Shown here: positions 44,779 through 56,451 of the stretch, piece after piece
Numbering within the stretch: position 1 is the stretch's first letter
Layout: every line of letters starts with the position of its first letter
Origin: an uncultured Mycoplasma sp.
GTDB taxonomy: Bacteria > Bacillota_I > Bacilli_A > Mycoplasmatales > Metamycoplasmataceae
Reading direction: 5' to 3'
DNA: 64,000 nt
Assembly (NCBI GenBank): GCA_947039955.1
Contig: CAMRAC010000004.1
Span: 47,344-111,343, forward strand
Position numbers and translations under genes: made by a program
Notes under the pieces: generated by a model
The model's input: only the letters and a program-made list of their open reading frames with translations
Databases searched by the model: none
What the model was told of the DNA's origin: nothing

Positions 44779-47331
44779 TTATTTCTCCTTAACACTTATT
44801 CTCTGAGCTTCTAATTTGATTATGTCTCTTAGATATAATCAAGCATCTTTATAAGTTAAAAAATGGTGTGTTTTATTATTATAACCTAATTCATATATAA
44901 AATTTGTTTCAAAATCTAACAATGTATATGTTTCATTGTCATTTTTATAATAAATTTTATTAGGATCATTTTTAACAATCAATGTACGATAAATATTATC
45001 TAAAATTGTTTGTTCAGAATCATACATAGCATCTGAAGTTGTTTCCATTGCTAAATCATCACTTAATTGAATTCCAGGATTAATAACATTGCCAAATAAG
45101 TCATAAATTATAATAACTTTAGCTGGATTAATTTTATTACTTGTTAACTTAACAGATTCCAGTTCTGGCGTATTATAAATTATTTTTTTATTATCACTAG
45201 TGCTAGATAAAGATTCATTAAAGTCATATACCAAAGAAATGTATTCTCCATAATGCAATTCTGATGTTTTTCTATTTATTCCTGAAGCAACAGGATCTGT
45301 TAAAACCAAAATATTATTTTCATTATCTATCAATTTATTTTTAATGTTTTCAGGCAATACATTTGAATATTTTGTTTTTAACTCACTTAAATTATCATTA
45401 TAAGAACTAAGAGCATAAACAAGATTATCATATTTATGTGGGACTTCATCTTTTGTAGAAGTCAAGGTTCCTTGATGTTCTGTTTCTGTAAAAGAAAATA
45501 ATTTGTCTGCCATTATCTTTGTTTTTACAAAAGCGTTATTGCTAGAAATATTTTTACCATCTCCTGAAATATTATTTGAAATATTTGATAAATTTTCTGA
45601 ATTATAAGTTTCATAAAATTTATCTAAATATTGTTTGTAAAAAAATGTTTCTGGTAATGCAAAATTTTCAAACACAAAAGAATCATTAATTTTAAAAATA
45701 GGACTTTTGTTATATGTCAAAAAGTAATTCATTTTTTTATATGTTAATAGAAACTGATCTATTATAAATTTATTATTATCAATTGCTTTATACTCATTAT
45801 CATATTGATTTTTTATATCTCTGAAAATAAAACTAAGTTTTTCAACCATTTTTAATTCATTATTAGAACTATATTTATTATATTCAACATTAAAATATTT
45901 AGAATTAATTTCACTAAACATCATTGTATCTGTCATTGATTCAATAATATTGTTTTTAAATTGTTCCTCAATTAGTGTGGTTTCAATTTGCTTGGTTGAA
46001 GTTTCTGGTTTTCATTTATCCATCAATTTTATTTTTATTGATTCTACAAATTTTGCTTCATTTTCTAATTGAAAATTAACGTCAAAATCTATTTGATTTC
46101 CTTTTTTTCCATTTACAGAGTGACTTCCTGGTTGCAATATTTGTGTGTTTGTATTTGTAACAGTCCAAGGTCCATCATCCCCTGTAGAAAAAAGTTTAAA
46201 TTTTGCTGTTTTTCTAAGGAAATTTGTAAAGATTAAATTATCTGCCTGTTTGACAGGGCCTGCATACTGAACTACTCCCTCTACACCATTTTCTTTTATT
46301 CATGTTTTTCTATTTAAAAAAACATCAAATTTATTAAGATTTGCATAATCTACCTCTTTAAAAGTCATTGTGTCTAATCTTTCTCTACCTTTAACAGTCT
46401 TTGTAGTCAAGTCAGGAAATTCTGTTCCAGAAATTTTTTCTAAATTATATGCAAGATCATCATGAGTGTAATTTAATTTCACTGTTGCTTTAAAGACACT
46501 TTCCATAAAAGTTTCTGTCATAGCTGTCGCAAAATCATCAGTAATTTCATTATAAAAATCTGAAATATTTTTTGTAAATAAATTATTTAACCATGAGGTA
46601 TCTGAAAGAGCTACAAAATTGCCATCATCTTTGTTTTTTGCAATATTTAGCATAGGCATCATCCCAAAAGTATTATTTTTGTTATTAGGGTCTTTAACTT
46701 GCTCTTTTGCATTTCTTAAAGTTATTTCTTTCATTTTATTAATATCATCTTTATTTAAAGGATTTATTTTAACAGTTGTATTTTTTTCTTCATCATAAAC
46801 TTCATAGAAAACAGTTTCATCAACCTTGATACCCTTAAGGATTTCTCTTTGTGCTTCAGAGTATGAAGAGTGTAAAACACCTTTGGTATCTTGATATTTG
46901 TATTTGACAAGTCCTTCATTAACAAAAGATTTTTTTGCTTTGTTAAAATCTTGTTCATAACCACCAAAGGCATTGACATAAGCTGAAGAAATTTTGTTTT
47001 GATCAAATTTCTTTAGTTCATTAATATTTAATTGATTGGTTTGATGGTCAAAAATTGCATTTCCAGCATCTCCGTAATATAAATCATCATTAATATATTT
47101 GTTATTATTAACTAATTCATTAGTAATGTCGTCCAATGAGTCGTAATACTTGTTATTAAATAAATATTTAAACTCATTGTTGCCATTATTGTTGGCATTA
47201 AGGGCACTTTCTTCTTGATTAATGATTGAAACCATCGAACCTTGAGCAGCAACTACAGAAATAGCTGCAACAATAGAAGAAGTAAAGAGTAATCCTGAAC
47301 CTATTAGTTTAAATTTGTTTTTATTTTTCAT
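44779..47331 (-). CDS. Large membrane-anchored/secreted protein, 850 aa (unknown family)
   Basis: Track ORFs 46300-47331 and 44839-45936 lie in one frame. I translated 45937-46303 and 44779-44841 codon by codon and found only TGA. The N-terminus MKNKNKFKLIGSGLLFTSSIVAAISVVAAQG is a signal or anchor with no lipobox. Confidence 0.75.
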
Positions 47332-50300
47332 TATTTATCCTCCAGAGTTGCATTTTCTAAGATGAAATTAATGAATTCATCTTTTGAATTAAATATTTGA
47401 CCTTGATATTCATAAATAGGTGTTTCCGTTTTATAACTATAAAGGGTAAAGTTTTCTTCTGTTAATAATCAGTTAAATGCATCTGATTCATTAAAGAAAT
47501 ACTTTGTTAAATTATTACTTAATGTTGCTTCATAAATGTAATTATTATTAATAGAAGAACTTAATTCGCTAAACATATTATTGGTATTAACTTCATTTTT
47601 AATAACTGTTTTTTCATCAACATCAAAAGAAGCGTAAAATAATTTTCTAACATTATCTTCGGCTTCACCATCAGTAATAATTTTACCTAAGTCTGATTTT
47701 TGATTTGGATCAAAAATGATGTACTCATTATTTGTTCTGTTAGTCATGGTTCCTGAAGCACTTCAAGATAATGAAGGCATTGTATATTCCGCAACTGAGC
47801 CGTCATCTTCATTAGATCCATCGATACTCTTTGGTTTGTTCTTATATAATTTTGGCATAAGAGCTATTTTAACACTCTGAATATTATCCATAATATAATT
47901 AATGTTCATTGTAGCTGCTTCACCAGGATTTATTGTCGAATGACCGTTGGCAAAAACGAATTTTTTCGCATGATATTCAGGATTTGAACCATCTTTAGAA
48001 TAAAAAATCTTATTATAAACATATTGAACTAATGAAAGGTAGTTTTGATTTTTTGGTTCTAAGATTAACAAATCTTCTATGGTTCCAAAATTTTCAAAAA
48101 CTGAATCATTTCTTGATGTTGTAGCAACAACTTCCCCAATTGTAGAAATATTATCAAAACTATAAACCGTTTTGATATTATCACTTTTAAAATTGTCTTG
48201 ATTTAAAATTCATTTTAATTGATCTTTTTTCAAAACAGGCATATTTTCTGGAGTGTAGCGTTTTCCATTAAAATAAAGGGTAGTTGCTGGTCTTGTCTTA
48301 ACTATTCTTTGTGGGTCCAATAATTTTATATCATTTATATCAACTGATGATGTTTCAAATAATCCAAAGAACATCGTTGTTGTTTGACCGCCATTTCAAA
48401 TAAATGTTGTATTATCAGGAGAGAACTTAGGGGTGAACTTATATGAGCTATATGTTGTTTTAGGCACAAACGCTCCAATAGCTAAATCCAAAACTGCCAG
48501 AGCCACTTGAGCATAAGGTATCCCTTTGGCAAATAAAGCCATATTTTTTGCTCCACCAATAATATTTAATAATTTTTTCATCCCTTTGCTATTTGTAATA
48601 TCAGATACTTCAAAAGCTTCGGAGAATTTAGTAATTTGTTTTGTTAAATTATCAACTGTATTTTTGTTATTAATTCACTTACCCAAATCTATAAAATGAT
48701 TTAAAAACTTTGTAGACATAGCAGTTGATTTTGATATTATTGCAAAATTATCAACAGTCTTTGGTTCAATAACAAAATTAACAGTATACTTTTCCAAAGA
48801 TATATCTTTGATTAGATTCTGTAAATTTAATAAAAGTTGGAATTGGTCAGAATTAAAATCTTCAAATTTTTCAAGTAGGTTTGGATTCGCATTATTAATG
48901 AACTTAATCAGCATATAGTTGTTTCAAGTCAAAGTATTTTTTGAATTTAAAACTTTTTCACCAATTGAACTCAGGTTGCCATTAGATAATTTAAAATCTT
49001 TCAATAAGTTGTGCTCATCAGATAATTCAAGACTCTTAATATTTTCTTCAAAAACAAATTTAGCTGAATTAGAAAATAAACTATTTGTTGTTGAGATAGA
49101 GATAGTAATGTCAGTCAAGAGGTCTGTTTCATTAGGATTATATTTTTTATTATTAATGTTAGGAATACTCTCTTTAATAAATTGCATATCTGTAGAAGAA
49201 AAAATATCTCAAATGTTTTTATATAATTTTGAATAACCAGGACTTAATTCTCCTTTTATATTTAATAATTGCTTAATAAAATCTTCTCTGTATGGTAATA
49301 ATCCACCATTATACATAGCATTTAAAGATGCTTGCGAGAAAACGTTGATAGCATTTATAAATTCTGAAAAATTTCTTGTTATCTCATCAATAAAATAACT
49401 AATATCAACATTTCAATCAGCATTGTTATTATTAAAATTGAAAATTTCTGTTAAAGATAATGTTTTATCACCAGCTGAATTTCCACTTGTTGTTTTTAGT
49501 AACTCTGCAGGAAATAACAACGATATAACATAATCTAAATATTTTGTAATAGTTGTGAATGTTTTCTTTAATTCATTAATAACATCCTCGCCTGCACTTT
49601 CTTCAATTAAATTTTCTAGAATAAACATGAAAGAAAGAGGTAAGTTATAAAAAGAGTTATATTTTTGTCCTTTTTGAATTTCAGCATTAAAGGCGATTCA
49701 CTTATTGTAAATATTTTTATGCTTTGATTCTAGAGTATTCAAAAGTGGTTTAATGTACTTTGTATTTAAATACTTGATATTTAAAGGTGTGTTTTGATCA
49801 ATAGATTCATCTTCAATTAAAATCATATTCATTAAATTGGCAATCATATCACTGTTTTGCCGTTCAACCAATGAATTATCACCACTCTCAATTTTATCTC
49901 AATTATCAGGGTCTTTTATTTTTAATATATCGTCATTGCTTTTTACATAATAAGGTCCGGAAAGAGTATTTGGATCTTCACGATCTAAATCAATTACAAA
50001 AGTACTTTTACCTTGGTTTGAGTATAACTTTGTATATGAAGGATTGCTAAAGGCATTTATTAAATCTGCACTTGGATTACTTAAATCTTCTTGATTAGCA
50101 TAAAAATATTTACCGTCTTTGTCTTTAAATTCAAGATATTTTTTGGCTTGATTGTTTATATTGTTCATAAAGTCTTTTTTAGTTTGCTCTGTACCTGGTT
50201 CAAATAAGTCTTTTACATTCATTGCAGAAGAAACTATGCCATCAGGACCAATAATACCAATGTTTTGATTTGTATTAGCAGCACCAACTCCATCACCACC

Positions 50301-50906
50301 ATTCACATAATAGTTAGTAGTCAAATATAATCTTAAGTCTTCGATATTTTTAAAATAAATATTGTTAAAGTAGTAAGCATCATGAATTGATAAGTAAGAA
50401 TCTTTAGCAGCTTCTGCACTTGCGTGAATTGAATTATTTTTTCCACGATATATTTCTGTTTTTAATTGGTCTGCACTTTGATTAAAATATAATTTTGAAA
50501 AATCATTGTCATTTATTTCACCAATTCCAGATAAATCTTCTGTAAAACTTGAAGAAGAAAGAGCTGTAGAAGTATTAATTCGTTTAGATAAGTGTTCTCT
50601 TAATAATTTAGGATCATTGAAATAAACTTTTTCGCCCTTTTCATCAATTGATCAACGGTATCTATTATCAACAGTTTGATTACCTTTGAAATAACTAGCT
50701 TGACTGTATTCTAATAATTCTTGAGAAGAATTAAATGTTTGATTATCAAATACATATTTTTGGTTGGTATTAGTTGATGGTCCTTGAACAGATAAACCAG
50801 TAGAAGCAACCACTAAAACTGCAGAAACAGTCATAAAACCAGCACCTGATAAGATTGGTAAAACTTTCTTTAATTGAATTTTGTTAGGTTTTTTATTTTC
50901 TTTCAT
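47331..50906 (-). CDS. Giant membrane-anchored/secreted protein, 1191 aa (unknown family)
   Basis: Eight track fragments (47469 to 50906) all share one frame. Every gap was checked by hand and holds only TGA. The N-terminus reads MKENKKPNKIQLKKVLPILSGAGFMTVSAVLVVAS. The TAA at 47331-47333 shares one nucleotide with the next ATG. Confidence 0.75.
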
Positions 50907-50918
50907 AAGTTAAATCCT

Positions 50919-52742
50919 TTAATTTTTATAATTTTTCTTTTTGAAGATATAGATAGTTAATATGTTGAGACCAATTGTGACAAAAATAATTGACATTATT
51001 GGGAGATAAACATTGTTTAGATATGTAGTATTCTTAATTTCCATAAAATAAGAATATTTGGCAATTGAATTAGAATTTTCTCTAAAGTTTGTTTGGAAAA
51101 TATTCGGTAATGCTTCATTTAGTGTTGAATTAAATTGAATTGCATGTCCAAGGGTAACTGTCGAAGCGTCCACAAAGGCATTTCAACTGTTTTGGTCAGT
51201 GATACTTGGACTAATTCCTTGCAACGCAGTAATATCTGTTGGAAGATATTGTCTATTCAAGTTCAAGTAGTGAATTGAAGTTCCTGAAAATCTTACTAAA
51301 TCATTTTTTATAAATGAAATATCTTTGGCGTCAGGAAGGTCAATTGAAGATCTTGATTTCGCGCTTGGATAAACTAAATTGATGTCTTCAAAAGTATTAA
51401 GCTCAAAAACATTCATTTGTGCTGTATCTCCTGTTCATAAGAAAGATAGGAGTTTGGCAAGAGTTGGGTTAAATTGCAATTCTATTTGTTGAATGATGTT
51501 TGGGGCTTTTGAAGCTAAGATGTCTTGATTGTTGAAATAATAAAACAATTGACTAAATTGAATATCTATTCCTAGTAATGCTCTAATTGTTAAAGATTCA
51601 GTTTCTGATAAGAAAGCAGATTTTCAATCAATAGAATTACTAACTTTATTATATAATAAGTCAATCATTTTTTCATCATTTAGGTTTAAAAAATCAGTAG
51701 ATTCATTTACAATTGAGTTAATATTTTCCAATAAAAGGTTTTCATATTCAACACTAGAAATATTTAATGGAGAAATATCTTCTGGCCTAGTAGAGAATAA
51801 GTAATTATTTTCAGGATTAATTTCAGTTGTCGGAACATCAATAAATTCATTTTTAACTAATGAAAAATTGCTTTTAATTTCATTATTATGAAAGTTAAAA
51901 TTGTTAATTAAAGATGAATTCAAGGATAAAACTAATTCTCCAGGCATCAAGTTTTGATAAAAAGGGACATTGTTTAAGGTTGACAACACATTTTTATCCA
52001 CCTTGTTTTGTGACTGAGGATTAATTTCGTCAACTAAGTAAGTTTTATTACCTTCTTGATCAATGATGGTTAATTTTGAAAAAGAATTGTAATTATCATT
52101 GTTGTACAAAATTGTATTGTCGAAATTATTGTTTTGTAATGTTCTTGAAAAGATTGGGGCAATTCCTACTAATAAGACTGCAAACATTGAAGCCATCCCA
52201 AATCATAAGGGTTTAAAGGCCACAGCAAATAAAACTAATAAGGCAGCTATTCCTGATAAGACAAAGGGACTAATTAACAAATTGCTAATTAGTAAATAAA
52301 TAATTCATTGAGCATCATAACTAAAAGATAAGACAAAAATTGATGATAATAAGAACTGAGCAAACATTACCACGATTAGAAAACCAAAAACAATAATCAT
52401 TCTTGAAAAAAATAACCCATATTTCGAGATTGGTTTCGAAAACATAATTACATCAATACTATTGGTTTTGTTTTCGGAAAATAACTTGTTAATTAAAAAG
52501 ATTAATCAAATCATTGAAACTATCAAAGAAACAATACTAAAAATAAAAGAAAACTCTAATAAGTCTAAATTAAGGGCAAAGAAGCAAACTAATGTTATTG
52601 GTTGAGAAAACAATAACAAAAATGACAATATTCAAAAAGAAATACTTTTCTTCAATAAGAATAAATTAAATTTAACAATTGAAGAAAATTGTGGATTAAA
52701 AGGGTTTTTATTTCGTTTGGATATTTTAGTTTTAGAATTCAT
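50919..52742 (-). CDS. ABC transporter permease-like protein with a large extracytoplasmic domain, 607 aa
   Basis: ATG at 52742. The first roughly 180 aa hold about 5 hydrophobic helices (translated by hand through 6 TGAs). A domain of about 380 aa follows, then a C-terminal TM (PIMSIIFVTIGLNILTIYIF). The true TAA is at 50919. Confidence 0.7.
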
Positions 52743-53451
52743 TATCAATTATAATTTCCTTGTATTTTTTGATTAAATCTTTTCCTTCTATTTTTCCACT
52801 TCATTTAATCTCTCCTTGTTTAATAAAAGTTACAGAGTCAATATATTTTTTTATTTCATCCAAAATATGAGATGAAATAAAGATAGTAACACCTTGGTTA
52901 TTTAACTCTTTTAATAATTCAAAAAATTGTAATCTTGAAGTTGGGTCTAAAAAAGCCGCCGGCTCATCTAGGATAATGATTTCTGACTTTTCTAAAGCAG
53001 CCCTAATTAAAAGGATCTTTTTAACTTGACCAGAAGAAAGTTTGTTCGGATTTCTCTTGATTTCACTTTCTAAACTAAGTTTTTTGATTCATTCATCAAG
53101 TTCAATCTTGATTTGTTCTTTATCATCACGAACTAATAATGCTAATTGATATAAGAAGTCATAAGAAGAAATATTCAAGGGAAAAGATGTTTTATCAGGA
53201 ATATAGCACAGTTTTGAACGAGCTTTAACATCAGTCTTAACATTTAACCCATTAATCAACAAATTACCGTCAAAATCATTGTTTAACCCAGCCATAATTT
53301 TAATGGTTGTTGATTTTCCAGCTCCATTTTCGCCAATAAAAGCATGAAATTCGCCCTTAGAAACATTAAAACTAACGTTCTTTAAGGTAAATTCCTTGTC
53401 TTTATTCTTGTACTTCATGTAAATGTTTGATGACGATATAATTTCTTGCAT
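52732..53451 (-). CDS. ABC transporter ATP-binding protein
   Basis: Walker A is GENGAGKST, the signature is LSSGQ and Walker B is IIILDEP. Joined through two TGAs. The stop overlaps the permease start by 11 nt. An alternative TTG start lies at 53490. Confidence 0.9.
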
Positions 53452-53534
53452 TGCTGATAAATTATACTCCAAAAGACAAAAGGTTAACAATTGATATAAT
53501 TTATAAAATATAACAATTAATATTTCATAAATTA

Positions 53535-54272
53535 TTAAAAATTTATTTTATCGCTTATCAGTTTTATTTTTTTATTTTTTGAATTTATTAAAAAGATGTT
53601 TTTAATTTTTTCTAAATATGAAATAAAAGGGAAAATAGCGATCATAGATGACACTATTTCTTCTTTTAATCTTTTTATGTCTTTCATTGATAATTCTTGC
53701 TTAAGCTCTTTAAACTCATCCTTTAGTTTGCTATATTCTCTAGATAATAAATCAAAATTTTTATTATTTTCTTTTTGAAAAGCGAGCATTTGTTGTTTAA
53801 TTTCTTTTGAAAGAGTTGTAATATTGTTTTCATCTCTTAAATCTAATTCAATAAGTTCACCATCTACCTCAAAAGAAACTTGATAAGCTGTTCTTTCTTC
53901 AACTTCATCATAATTTTTTAATATAAATCTTAATTGTTCTATGAATTCAAAGGAATCTATAGAATCAAATTCTCTTAAATGTATATTTTTTTTATTTGCA
54001 TAATAAATATCTATTATTTTTTTTAAACTAAAACAAATAATAGATATTTCATGAAAATCAAAATTCTTATTATTTTTTAATTTATCTAGGTCATCATTTG
54101 AAAAAGTATCAATAAATTTCTTTACCACAGTTTGAGAAAAGTCTTTTTTAGCTTCAGAAATATTTGGATTTCTAGAAGAAGATAATTTATCAAAAAAAGA
54201 TAATTCAGCATTGCAAAAATCTATTATTTTTACCAATATTTCATCTGATAAATTTGTATTTATTTTATTCAT
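53535..54272 (-). CDS. Hypothetical protein, 245 aa, with a predicted coiled-coil C-terminal half
   Basis: An intact track ORF whose start overlaps the upstream gene by 8 nt. No family was recognised. Confidence 0.6.
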   Translation of the reverse strand: MNKINTNLSDEILVKIIDFCNAELSFFDKLSSSRNPNISEAKKDFSQTVVKKFIDTFSNDDLDKLKNNKNFDFHEISIICFSLKKIIDIYYANKKNIHLREFDSIDSFEFIEQLRFILKNYDEVEERTAYQVSFEVDGELIELDLRDENNITTLSKEIKQQMLAFQKENNKNFDLLSREYSKLKDEFKELKQELSMKDIKRLKEEIVSSMIAIFPFISYLEKIKNIFLINSKNKKIKLISDKINF

Positions 54273-55086
54273 TATTCACTCCTGAATCTTTAAAAGTAAA
54301 TCCAATTTCCTTTAAAAGTAATCGTCCTGCAAATTCTAAATTTGATATGTAGGGAATTAGTGATGAAAACTTAATTCCCGTTAATTTTCCGTTCTTATTA
54401 AACAATATTTTTAATTCTGGTATTTTGGAATAAATTTCTTCAATGGACAACTTAAAATGAGTCTGATTATTTTTTTCATAGTATTCTTTTTCAAATGAAG
54501 AACTTTTAATAGTTCCTTGTTCAAAAATTCCAAATTTATTAAAAAGAGGTGCTGACTGAAAAAATAAAATATTATCTTTAATTAACGGATATTTAAATCT
54601 TATATTGTCAATCATTTGATGATTTAAAAAAATATTAAAATTGTCTAAATTGCTTGATAATCGGGAAAAATACATTCAAACTAAAGCCGTTTTTTCTTCG
54701 TGGTTAGATTCTTTTAAAAACTCTAAATTTTTTATTATAAATCTTCTGTCTCTTTCTTCTTGCGAATCTATAATGTTTTCAAAAACTTTATTATCTTCTA
54801 TAATCTTTGCTAAATCATCTTTACTCAATAAATAAATCTTAGAAAAATCGTCTAAATCCAAGTTATGTTCCAAACTTTTAACGCTTTCATTTTTTTCTTG
54901 AAAAATCACTTCTAATTTATCAACCCTTCTATTAATTTCATTTATATTTTCTATGTATTCTTTAGGATAATTATTAACTGTTCCTATTGTTGTTTTTTTA
55001 AAAAAACAAAACCTCTTGTCTCCTGTGTTATTATTTTCAAACAATTTATTTTCTTGTTTTATACCGTTCATTTCTAATTTTTTCAT
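54265..55086 (-). CDS. Hypothetical protein, 273 aa
   Basis: Track ORFs 54676-55086 and 54265-54675 are contiguous in one frame, separated only by a TGA (..TALV W MYFSRL..). Confidence 0.6.
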
Positions 55087-55132
55087 TATTTCTTTTATCC
55101 TTTTCTTTTATCTATATACATTATCATACATT

Positions 55133-55157
55133 AAAATTGAGAAAAAATCTCAATTTT
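55133..55157. terminator. 10-bp perfect hairpin between ndk and the downstream cassette
   Basis: aaaattgaga-aaaaa-tctcaatttt. There is no clean T-run, so its function is uncertain. Confidence 0.35.
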
Positions 55158-55279
55158 AATAATATTATAATTTTGCAAGAAAATTTAACGATCGGTTTTA
55201 TCATCGTATTTATTGATATTAATTAGTTTATAATGAACTATTATTTGTTATTTAATTTTAGGAATTACAAGATCTTAAA

Positions 55280-55693
55280 TTACCCCAATTCTTCTTTAGT
55301 AAAGTAAATAGAAAGCTCATACAAGGCTCTTTCTACTGAATCGCTAGTATGAACAATGTTATTTAACATATCATTTGAATAATCGCCACGAATGGTCCCT
55401 GGATTAGCTTTAGTAGGATCTGTTGCTCCCGCTAAGGTTCTAATAATTGCAACTGCTTCATTTCCTTTTAGAGCAAGTGCTACGACAGGTCCTGATTGAA
55501 GGTTTTCAATTAAAGAAGGATAAAAGGGTTTTCCTTCATGCACATCATAATGATTTTTAGATTGCTCATCAGTTACATCAAGATACTTTATTGAAAGGAT
55601 ATCAATTCCTTTTTCCTCAATTTTAGTAATTACCTTACCAATCAAATGCCTTTTAACAGCATTTGGTTTAATCATTAAAAATGTTTTTTCCAT
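55280..55693 (-). CDS. ndk: Nucleoside diphosphate kinase
   Basis: MEKTFLMIKPNAVKRHLIGKVI..., then GPVVALALKG, then GTIRGDY, then NIVHTSDS (the catalytic His motif). Confidence 0.9.
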   Translation of the reverse strand: MEKTFLMIKPNAVKRHLIGKVITKIEEKGIDILSIKYLDVTDEQSKNHYDVHEGKPFYPSLIENLQSGPVVALALKGNEAVAIIRTLAGATDPTKANPGTIRGDYSNDMLNNIVHTSDSVERALYELSIYFTKEELG

Positions 55694-55806
55694 ATATTCA
55701 TTACTCCTTGGTGTATTTATTTAATTATAACATTAATTAAAGAGTAAGAAAATCAAGAATATTAAGTATTTAACTTTAAATCAACACACTAAATAAAATA
55801 TTATTC

Positions 55807-56451
55807 TTAAATTTCAAGGTTTATTTTATAAAGGTCACCATCTTTTTCTTTAAAATCAACATTTCCTAATTTTCTAGCTAAAGCAATAATGAATTTTTTA
55901 TAAGGAATTTTTATTGTCAAGTATTTCAAAGTACTTTTAAAGCAAAAATTTGCTGTATTACCCAAAACAATAACATCATCAATAAATACAAAAATATTTA
56001 TTTTATTTTGATCTGGCATCTTGCTAATTGATTCGAATGACTTAACTTCATCAATTGAAGGACGTGTTTTGTCTCCGTTACGAGTGTAATAATCTATTGC
56101 ACATGTATAATAAAAAATAATATTTTTATCAATTTCTATAATATCTTTTTCAAAAGATAAAATTGTATTATTTTTATGACTCGACCTCTCATTGCAAGTT
56201 TCAGACAAAGCATCTTGGTGTTTTGAAGGCGGAAAGAAAACAATTATATTATGCTTTTCAGGTGTATATTTATTAATTATTTTTTTAATTCTACTAATAA
56301 AATCTTCATATAATTCAGGAATTTCGTTCTTAATAATCCTTGCGTATTCCGTTTTATTATTTTGAAGCTTTAATAAATGATAGTTTTTATTTTCTTCTCC
56401 ATCTTTAAATTTATATCATGCGCAAGCTTGTGTTAAGGGAATGTCACCCAT
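55807..56451 (-). CDS. Phosphoribosyltransferase (PRTase)-like protein, 214 aa (ShosT-like or ComFC-like)
   Basis: The PRPP-loop-like motif is NIFVFIDDVIVLGNTA. I translated 56209-56451 codon by codon. The ATG at 56451 shares one nucleotide with the upstream TAA. Confidence 0.65.

Noticed and set aside
46764-47006. 80-aa minus-strand ORF inside the 850-aa gene
   Set aside because: It is an alternative frame fully embedded in a long continuous ORF and has a Lys/Leu-rich low-complexity translation.
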